Shown: positions 53,733-64,000 of the stretch, piece after piece
Layout of the letters: each line of letters opens with the position of its first letter
Position numbering within the stretch: the stretch's first letter is position 1
Assembly (NCBI RefSeq): GCF_963921235.1
Contig: NC_086097.1
Span: 30,568,001 to 30,632,000 of the forward strand
Length of the DNA stretch: 64,000 nucleotides
DNA from: Mobula hypostoma
Taxonomy: Eukaryota
Direction: 5' to 3'
Notes under the pieces: generated by a model
The model's input: only the letters and a program-made list of their open reading frames with translations
The model's database searches: none
What the model was told of the DNA's origin: nothing
Made by a program: the position numbers and the translations under genes

Positions 53733-54894
53733 CCCAACAACCCTCCATCTGTAGCCCTTTGTCACATCAACCAATCACCTTACAGCCTCTGTCACTATTC
53801 CCACTCCCTCCTCCTCTGCCTGAATCCACCTTTCTGGCTCCTGCTTCACCTCCTCTCCATCTTCCAGTCCAGATGAAGGCTCTCGACCAGAAACATCAAC
53901 TGCCCACCTCCCTCCACAGATGCTGCCCAATATGCTAGAAATTCCCCCGGTATCTTTTTTTTTTTGCTGCTCTTTTCTTCTCTGCCACTTCAACCTCAGT
54001 TGGAAGATGCACAAAGAGAAACTTCAGATCTGCCAATTCACCCTCCAGGGTAAAGCTTCACTGCTAAGCTTACATCCTGTATCTACACAAGAGCAATAGC
54101 CATTGGCTACTAATATTCTTGAAAAACCTTATAAACCAAGCCACTGATATAATTATATGGAACACAGAACAGTATAACACAGTACAGGCCAATCTAACCT
54201 TTCCCTCCTACAGCAGCATAAAAGCCAAGCCAGGACCAACAGGCTCTGGGCCATCAGACTGATTAACTCACGTTGATTTGAGTGTATTTCTATGTTAAAT
54301 TGACTGTTCTATTATAAATTTTTATAAATTACTATGATTGCATATTTAGATGGAGATGTAACAAAGATTTTTACTGCGAAGGATGCAAGAAATAAAGTCA
54401 ATTCAATACATAGCCCTCCAATTTTTATCTATGTGCTACCTAAATTTCTTAAAAGTCTCTAATGTATCTGCCTTCACCACCACCTCTGACTCACCCTATA
54501 CTTGCCTCCAATCACCTTAAAATTATGCCCCTTCATATTAGCCACGCCCACCCTGGGAAAAAAAAAGTCTCTGGCTGTTCATTCGATCTATGCCTATTAT
54601 CATCTTGGACACTTCTATCAAGACACCTCTTGTCCTCCTTCACTTCAAAGAGAAAAAGCCCTAGCTCACTCAACCCATCCTCAGAACACAATATCTTATT
54701 GCGTTACTATTTTGATTTAGCCAAGAGACACATGAGCGACAAAAACATTTTCAATTGCAGCAGGCAGCCCTATTTTATGGAACAGCAGGATCGTTAATTG
54801 AGGAACATCGAATGGAATGGAATGGCTCTGGGGTTGATGAGGTGGAAAAGGGAGGAGCAGGGTAAAGCAACATACACTGGGAAGCAATTTACTC

Positions 54895-54995
54895 AACCTC
54901 TAGACTTAAAGCCAATGGTGTCCTTTTCTGAAATGCAGACACTATTGTAATGTAGGATGACAATCTGTCCACAGCAAGTCGCCAAACAGTAATGT
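54895..54995 (-). mobile_element. Ancient DeuSINE-like remnant
   Basis: Reverse complement cattactgtttggcgacttgctgtggacagattgtcatcctacattacaatagtg resembles the Deu domain as recalled. Confidence 0.5.
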
Positions 54996-57005
54996 CAAAA
55001 TGTTTATCATTCATTCCAAGAAAAGTAAGAATTCCCATCAACACTTGGGAACTCTTGCTTTTGGATGTTTTACATCTGCTTGTAATGGTTGGCATAATGC
55101 TTCCCAGCAGCAGCAGTAAGATCGAAGTTCAATTCCTGCCACTGTCTGTAAGGAATTTGTACATTCTCCCCGTGACCATGCAAGCTTCCTCCAGGTGTCC
55201 CGGCTTCCTCCCACATTCCAAAGATGTATGGGTTAGAGTTAGCAATTTGTGGACATTTGTGTATTTAGGTACATTTTATTCCACATCTGTACTTTAACCT
55301 CTAACTTTATTTTCATATAATTATTTAGTTTTTATATTTGTTGAATGTTGTTGCTTTCTGTTGCATGTCGCGCCCTGCCCAGCACTCCAGAGCAATTTCC
55401 AAACACGTGAACATTATAAGGCAAATAAAGTTGATCCTTTATGCTATGATATCCTGGAAGCATGGCAGCACCTGCAAGCTGCACCCCCGCCCCCAGCACA
55501 ATCCTCAAACTGTGCTGGTTATTGATCCAGAATAACACATTTCATTGTATGTTTCAATGTAGATGTGACAAATAAAGCTAATTTTTAAATCTTAAATGGG
55601 ATACCTCTAAATGCAGTACTCCCTCAGTACTGCCATATATTTTTTTTTAAAAAGATGTAGTTGTTGAGATACAGTACGGAATAGGTCCTTCCAACCCTTT
55701 GATCTGCACCGCCCTGTAATCCCCAATTTAAACCTAGCCTAATCACAGGACAATTTACAATAGGTAATTAACCTACCAACCAGTATGTCTTTGGACTGTG
55801 GGAGGAAATCCATGCGACCATGGGGAGAATGGACAAACTCCTTACAGGCAGCGGCAGGATTGAACCAGGTCATTGGTACTGTAAAGCGTTGTGCTAACCG
55901 CTCTGCTACTGTGCAACCCTGCTTCATCACCAAGCAGAACTATCAGGAGGGTGTGAAAGAATCAATTGATTCCAGAGATAAACCAGACAGGAATGAACAA
56001 AAACTACTGAAAGGTCTTTCTGCTATCTGCCAGAGAGAAAGAAGACACAAAGGACTTCGTCAACATATTCCTCTGTCCTCCACAACCTTCCCCTTAGTGA
56101 TTCTGGGAATGTAAGGGTTAATGCATGAGGAGTGTTTGATGACTGGGCCTCTTGCAGGAGCTTGGAAGAATGAGGAATGTTCTCAATGAAACCTATTGAA
56201 TATTGAAAGGCATAGATCGAGTGGACAGGGAGAACGTTTCCTATAGTGAGGGAGTCTAAGACCAGATGGCACAGCCTCAGAATAGACTATTCCCTTTAGA
56301 ACAGAGATGAGGAGGAATTTCTCTAGCCGGGGGCAGTGAATCCGTGGAATTCATTGCCACAGACAGTGGAGGCCAAGTCACTGGGTACATTTAAAGTGGA
56401 GGTTGACAGGTTCTTGATTAGTAAGGGTGTCAACGATTACGGGGAGAAGGCAAGAGAATGGAGTCAAGATATATAACAAATCAGCCATGTTGGAATGGCT
56501 TAATTTTGCTCCTGTCTCTCTTGTCTTAAACATTTTGAACAGCCTATGGATGTTTCACTGAAGTCCATCTCAATAATCTGGAATATATCCAAGAGGGACC
56601 ACCTCCTTGATATTAAGATACCCTAGAATTTCATTCCTTTCTGATCTCACCGTCCTCCAGAACCTTCCCCTTGGTGAACACATATGTGAAGTACTTATTT
56701 AATACTGCATCTACTTGCTCTGCCTCCCAGCACAAATTCTCCCTTCATCTTTGATTGGTCTCATCCTCTTGTAGTACCATCTTGTTTTTAATGTATAAAA
56801 TGCCTTGCAATTTTCCTTAATTCTTCTTGCCTTGCCAGGAACATCTCACAGTATACTATTTTACCACCTTGAGATTCATTTTCTTGTAGGTATTTACAGG
56901 AAAATACAGAAATACAACAGCATTAATGAAAACTATACATAAAGACTAACAAGCAACCAATCTGCAAAAGACAAATTGCTAATAAACAAATACTGAGAAC
57001 ACGAG

Positions 57006-57209
57006 TTCTGCCTCAGAAGGCAGTGGAGGCCAATTCTCTGGATTCTTTCAAGAAAGAGTTAGATAAAGCTCTTAAAGATAGCGGAGTCAAGGGATATGGA
57101 GAGAAGGCAGGAACAGGGTACTGATTGTGGATGATCAGCCATGATCACAGTGAATGGCAGTACTGTCTTGAAGGGCCAAATGGCCTACTCCTGCACCTAT
57201 TGTCTATTG
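57006..57209 (+). mobile_element. Young CR1 3' end
   Basis: Reverse match to 30153-30360; tail ctattgtctattg; nested in a Rex/Babar fragment. Confidence 0.8.
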
Positions 57210-57898
57210 CAGTCCTCAAAAGTGAGTCTATAGGTTATGAAATCAGTTCGGAATTATGGTGAGTGAAGTTATCCACACCAGATCATGAGCCTGATGGCTG
57301 AAGGATAATAAATGAACCAGGTGGTGTGGGACCTAAGACTGTTGTACCTCTGCCTGACAGTGACAGCAAGAAGAGAGCATGGCCTGGATGGTGGGGTCCT
57401 TGATGATGGATGCTGATTTCAAGTGGCAGTCCCTTTAGCCTTCCTGATTCTCTGTTCAAGTTCATTCCTACTCCTTTTATATTCCTCCAGGGTTAGTTAG
57501 CTTTCAACTTCCTAAACCTCACATATGCTTCTTTTTTTTTGATGAAATTTGCGAGATCTGTGTCTATGCATACTCAAAGAGACAAGTTCAATTTCCCAAA
57601 AGAGATACACCATGCCTGCAAACAGTAAATCTCAAACATCATACAGGATAATAGAAAACATTTAACATGCACTGCATACTTAGCAAGGAATAGTCAATGC
57701 CAGCAAGAGATTAAGCATCAACTCTTGACATTCACTGGCACTGCCAGGTCACTGATCAACTTGTACATAAATACAAGATCCAGCAGAGGCTGGAATTTGG
57801 AGCAACACACAAGATGAAGAACTTAACAGGTCAAACAGAAAATGGAGCGACAAACTATGTTTCAGATTGAGAATTTTCTTTTCTTGATGGATTAATTT

Positions 57899-58150
57899 GG
57901 GGCAGCATTGTAACATAGCAGTTAGAGTAATGCTATTACAGCACCAGCAACAATTAGGGTTCAACTCTCACCACCATCTGTAAGGAGTACACATTCTTCT
58001 CATGACTGCATGGGTTTTTTCTGGGCGTTCCAGTTTCCCCCCACATTCCAAAGACGCACAGGTTAGTAGATGAATTGGTCACTTGGGTGTAATTGGGCAG
58101 CACAGGCTCATTGGGCCAGAAGGGCCTGTTATGCCATACCTCTAAATCAA
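57899..58150 (+). mobile_element. V-SINE with CR1-type tail
   Basis: tRNA-like head and V domain followed by gggccagaagggcctgtt, which resembles CR1 3' ends. Confidence 0.7.
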
Positions 58151-61100
58151 AACAACTAAGTAGTCTATCCGTTACCCTGACCATTCCTTCCTTACATGAT
58201 CCATCACGTCACCTACAAAACTCAGCCAGGCTACTCCCAACCAAGAAACCTTACCAAGGAAAACCTACCAGGCGCATTGGGACCTTTTCTACAAGCACTC
58301 TACCATCACAGAGAGAACATCAAGGGAGTAGAAAATGCCTCAAAAGGATCTTTTCAAAGCTTTCCAAAACAAAAACTGATTCACAGAACTCACCTGGCCT
58401 GTGACCAGTGGATTCAAATTGGAGAAGCATTCAGGAAGGTACTATGTACTGACCCAGAGGGAATGGCGGAGGGCTCACAGACTCTGAACAACCTACCCAC
58501 TTGACTTAATGCCTCCTAACCTAATTGTGAGGATCCTCTGATCCCACAGACCTCAGCAGCTATCTTGGGGGGCGGGGAGACAAATCTACTAAAACCTATC
58601 AAATATTGAAAGGCCTGGATAAGACTGGATCTGGAGAGGATGACTCCAGTAGTGAGGGAACTGGACCAGAGAGCACAACCTCAGAATACAAGGACTTTAG
58701 AACAGACACAAGGAGGAATTTTTAGCTCGAGGGTGAATAATCTGTGTAATTCACTGCCACGGACAGCTGTGGAGGCCAAGTCATTGGGTACATTTAAGCA
58801 GAGATTTGTAAATTCTTGATTCATAAGGATAGCAAAGGTTACGAGGAGAACGCAGGAGAATGGGGGTGAGAGAGATAGTAACATGACGGAATGGCAGAGC
58901 AGACCTGATGTGCCAAATGGCCTAATTCTGCTCCTCTATCATACCATCTTAGAATCCACAGAACTGAAAGCAAGCAAGCCATCCTCAACTCCATAGGACT
59001 ATCTAAATACCCCTGCTACAGGGCATTCACCTTCCCTGAGGAGAGGCAATGTCCAAATACCAGTAAACTCAACACCTTCACTATCCACAAAATATCGAAG
59101 TAATCTGTGTTCACCAAGGCAGTGCAGGTTCAGCAGAAAAAGGTTTTTATTTTAAATAATAAATTAAAACAAAACCAAACCAGAACAAGGGCTGTGCATT
59201 ACTTTAATCATTGCAGTTCCACACAAGTGCAGTGCCATTCAGTCCGTGTATGCAGCATAACCTGCAAACTCAAAAGGATAAAACAAACATAGAGCTACAA
59301 GTAATTCTCACAATCCCAAACAAAGGCAGGATTTGACAGTCCCCATACACCAAACATCCTGCTAGACGGATTAAAATTAACACCACCTTGGTTTCTATAT
59401 TAAAAATGTTTTTTTTTTGTTGGTGATATAAATTAGAACAAAGGAGGGTCAGTAATCTGAAGTAACTAATTTAAGGGCAACTACAAAGATGGTGAAAAGA
59501 TGAGAAGATGCATCATGTAATGATCTTGGATAAACTTATTAATAGCCTAGCGAAAGCAGATTCAACAGTAACTTTCAAAATGTACAGAAAGGAATCATTT
59601 GCAGGGCTCCAAGGTTGGAACTTTTTTTTAAAAGAAGCCAGTTGTCTAATGGCACTAGAAATTTTGTGCTGCAAAATTTAGCAAATGGAGCTCCTGTTTC
59701 ACTCCATTGTAAATCAACAGCCCAAAGATTTGAAAATGTAGATGAGGTTTATTTTTCTGCATACCTCAGAGGAACACCATTTTACACAGGCTGCACTTTC
59801 CAATTCACCTCTTTCTTCCATGTCTCTTAACTCATCAAACATTCCAATGCAGAATAATTGCCAAGAGCAGCTGACCAGTCATCCAACACAGCCAGATTTT
59901 GAAGGAACAAGTCTAGACTTGATGTCAGGGTACTTACCAATACGAAAGGTGACCTACCAGAGCAAAGGGCAAGGCTTTGTAAAAACAGATGAAAAAAAAA
60001 CAAGTCCTGAGGAGCTTTTGTTTTGTTAAACAGTCCTGATAGACATCAGCACACATTAGTACCCACAATGATAAAAGACCCAAGGTTTCCAGTATGCTGC
60101 TGCAGTTTTTAGTTGCATTGGTTTAAGTATCCTTGTGCTACATCAAAGTGCTTTATGCTTTTGAAATGAACTGTATAGATCGCTTGAAATATTGCTCCAA
60201 CCATTTCTTTGTATAGGACAGGGTGGTTAGTGCAATGCTTTTAAGCACTAGCAATCAAGAGATCAGGGTTTAATTTCTTCTGCTGTCTGTCAGTAATGAG
60301 TATCTATGTTCTCCCTGTGACTATGTGCATTTCTTCCAGGTGCTCCAGTTTCCTGTCACACTCCAGAGATGCATGGTTTAATAAGGGTTAGGATGAGTTC
60401 TGGGCCCTTGATGTCACAATCTACTCATTATGATCTTGCACCTAATGTTTACCTGCACTGTACTTTCTCTGAAGCTGTACACTTTTGTTATTGCTTTACC
60501 CTGTTCTACCTCAATGCACTGCATAATGATTTGATCTGTACGAATGGTATGCAAGGCAAGCTTTTCACTACATCTTGGTACATGTGCCAATAATGAACCG
60601 TCCAATTATCTCTCCACACATTTACAGCATTTTCTCACTTTTTACTCCAAATTTACACCATCCAGGAGATTTTTCTTTGGGACATTTTGCTCAACACCTA
60701 GGTTGCACAGAAGGGACACACAATGTGCTGAATGAAATCAGCAGTTCAGACAGCATCTAAGAGGATCGGAGAGCAAACATTTCAGATTGAGACCCATCAC
60801 CTGGAGTGGAGGCCAGATGATAATTCTTCCCTAACACATTGAGAGTCCATTTCCTTAATCAGCTGAGTTCCTCCAGCTCTGTGTGTGTTGCTCCAGATTC
60901 CAGTATCTGCAGTCGTTTGTGTCACCATAGACAGGCCATTTGGTCAAATCAAATCACGCTACAACTTATGCCCATTTGAACCTATTCCAAACATTACAGC
61001 ATTATTCTCCATTATCACCTCTGTTACAGATTCCCTTCAATCACTCCCTGTGGCTGAGAATTCTACATTCTCCAAACTTTCTTCTGAATTGCCTATCGAT

Positions 61101-61899
61101 CGCTTGTGACCATCTTAAGTAGATGGCTTCTAAATGCACAGCTACACAGATGTGGAAATGTGCTCCTTACTCACTCTGTCAAAGTTGCTCATTATTTTAA
61201 GAATCTCAGATACACCAGCTCTGAGAAACCTGTTCTCAGTCTATTCTGGTCATCTTTCCTGACGAGCTCATCCTCTGATTTCTGATTTCATCCAAAGACC
61301 TGCATACTCTGATGCTCCTATGATCTTAATATGAGGCAGCCAGAAGTACCTCTGAGCTTTGAGCAAGTTTGACCCAGATGTGCAATCATGAGAGGATGGA
61401 TAAACTTGGATTGTTTTCTCTAGTGGCAGAGGCTGAGGGGAGATCTGATAGAGGTTAAAGATGATGAGAGCAATTGATAGGGTAGACAGGAAATATCTGT
61501 TTCCCAAGTTGAAATGTCTAATACCAGAGGGCATGCATTGAAGGTGGTGGTGGGGGGGGGGGGGGGCGGGGAGGAGTGTTGTTTTCACTCAGTTGTGGAT
61601 GCCTGAAATGCACTGCCTGGTAGGGTGGTAGAGGCAAATACATTAGAGGTTCTTAAGAGACATATGGATAGGCACATGGATGCAAGGATGATGCAGGGAT
61701 ATGGACATTGTGTTGGTAGGACGGATTAGTGTTGGATGTTTTTGATATGCTTTTTAGTTGGTTTGGCACAATATTGTGGGCCGGATGGCCTGTTCCTGTA
61801 CCATACTGTTCAAAGCAGCATTTTTACTTCAATCCTTCAAACCAAAGGGTTCATTTTAAAAAAGATCTTGCAGTGATTGGTGCATTTCCATACAAAGAT

Positions 61900-63560
61900 C
61901 TTTGGCTGCAAAGTTACCAAAACTCAATTTTTTCTTTAAGTAAAAAAATCTATTGTTTTTCCTACCAAAATGTTCTACCTTGCATTTATCCAGTTGCGAT
62001 GACTTACCCATTCTGTAGGTTTATTTGCGTCCGCCTGTAACATTCTGCAGTTCTGCTGTGTTTACAATCAACACCCCTACTCCATGGAATAAAAGAAAAC
62101 AATTTCTAAATCTGCAGATGACATCAAGAGATTAAAATCGGAAATGTGAACTGCAGTGATCCTAGGATTGAACGTTGTGGAACAGCATCATCCACTAACT
62201 TCCACTATCAACAGTTACCTTTTAAACCCATGCTTTGTCCTGAATCAATTCTATGTGTCCCTTGATGTTACATTCTGAGTTTATATACTGGTTATTATGG
62301 GCGCTTTTGTGAAAGCCCTTAAAAATTTAGATCAATTACATTTACTGTTGTAGCTACTCTTTCTGTTAGCTCCTCAAAAAGTTCAGTAAGATTGATCGAG
62401 GCTTTTAAAATCCACGCTCTCCATTATAGTGCTTCCATCATTAAGGATTCTTACCATCTGGGACATGCCCTCTTCTCATTACTACCATCAGGGAGGAATT
62501 ACAGGAGCCTGAATACAGAGTCAACATTTTGGGAACAGCTTCATCCCCTCCACCAGACTTCCGAATGGTCCACGAATCCATGAACACGACATTGCTATCC
62601 TGCTCTTTTTGAACTTCCTTTTTATATTTCTTATTGCAGCTTACAGTAACTATATTACACTGTACTGTGCCACAAAGCAACACATTTCACAATAAATGTC
62701 AGTGATAATGAATCTGATTCTGAAAATGATTCGTCTTTTAAAAGAGATCAAAGAAATTAGCTTTATTTGTCACATGTATGTCGACGAACACCACAGTCCA
62801 AGGATGTACTAGGGAGACAGCTCGCAAGTGGCGCCACAATTCTGGTACCAGCGTAACATGCCCACAACTTGCTAAGGCTAACCCATACACCTTTGGAATG
62901 CGGGAGAAAACCAGAACACCCAGAGGAAACCCACAGTTACAGGGAGAGCGTACATACTCCTCACAGACAGCGGCAAAAATTGAACCTCGCTGATTGTGTA
63001 AAGTGATGGAGCTAACCGCTATACTACCATGTAACCCCTTCTCACCTTTGGTAAGAATTCTATAATTTTTCCTAGCACCACTGTTAACCCGACTGTTTCA
63101 TTGCCTCCACAACATGTTCTATCCCCATTATGAAATACAGGTATTACATCAGCCTTCCACCAATCCTCTGGCACAACACTATTAATGTAGCAATGCCCCT
63201 GCTATCTACTCCTCAGATTCTCTTACAATGCTTGGATACAATCCATCTGGACCAAGGTCCTTCTACTCCAAGTTGGATTCACTAATTTAAACTATCTCCT
63301 TTCTCTATTTTAAACACTAGTTATCTCATCATTCACTGACATGACAGCTCGTTCCATCTCCTTGCTAAATACGGAAGTGAAATAATGATTCAATACTTGT
63401 GCCAACTCCCTGTAATTACCATCTAACCCTTAATGACCCTATTCTCATCCCAACCCACACTTCTATGGTCTGTAAAATATTTTACTATTTTAAGTTCCTT
63501 GATAATTTAATTTCCCTTTCCACTTTGGCTTTCTAATTTGGTTTTTGACTCCTTTCCTGT
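61900..63560 (-). mobile_element. Old, diverged CR1 ORF2 fragment interrupted by Rex/Babar and V-SINE insertions
   Basis: Reverse complement near 63360-63403 encodes AQVLNHYFTSVFSK; GPDG.YP motif near 63235-63255; SSADLE (FADD-like) near 62105-62125. Confidence 0.6.
62755..63035 (-). mobile_element. V-SINE
   Basis: Reverse tail attagctttatttgtcacatgta and reverse V domain; another copy is truncated by the window end at 63805-64000. Confidence 0.7.
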
Positions 63561-64000
63561 TGCTTTCTCTCATGCCTCTGCTGTCCACACACTTAATGTT
63601 TGCCTCTTTGCTTAGTCTCAACTGCTCCCATATTTATCATTCATAGTACCTCGTGCTTAGCGAGCTCTTTTCAACAGAAAATATTTGTCCTGCATTGCTG
63701 AACACAGTACAACTTTTCCTGTTACCATCCACATGCTACTGCTCAACTTATCCTCCCAAGTTTTATCCTCAGAAAGTTTTTCACTCATTCATCAGAAGAA
63801 CCTTATCTTTGTCACGTCTACATCAAAACATATAGAGAAATGCTTCATGTGTGTCAACAACCAAGAAAGTCCAAGGATGTGCTGGACAGCCGTAAACGCC
63901 ACCATGCTTCCGACACCAACAGAGCATGCTCACAATCTACTAACCCATGTGTCTTTTGAATAAGAGATGAAACCAGAGCACCTGGAGGAAACCCATGCAG

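Noticed and set aside
53056..53748. Longest ORF (230 aa) as a host gene
   Set aside because: It is CR1 ORF2 C-terminal sequence with an internal deletion and a frameshifted end.

Overview
Eukaryotic, repeat-saturated intronic DNA. The repeat repertoire (CR1, Rex1/Babar, fish-type L1, V-SINE, Deu-domain SINE relics, Tc1, Tigger, hAT, Harbinger, Penelope-like elements) points to a cartilaginous fish, probably a ray (inference). The only host-gene signal I can support is one 52-nt minus-strand coding exon at 27029-27080 (RSYTLILEAWDQDNATS). It matches exon 3 of a Jagged-family Notch ligand, so the window lies within two very large introns of a Jagged gene. Nearly all ORFs in the supplied track are transposon fragments or spurious. 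Highlights: (1) a young, TSD-flanked palindromic Penelope-like insertion at 15224-15535 with an intact minimal type I hammerhead ribozyme motif on each strand, plus about ten decayed copies elsewhere; (2) a Tigger element very similar to the mammalian MER2 consensus as I recall it; (3) two independently inserted L1 3' fragments with the same 5' breakpoint and similar target sites; (4) a three-layer nested hAT/Tigger composite; (5) a candidate 31-nt poison exon upstream of the Jagged exon. Boundaries of decayed repeats are approximate.
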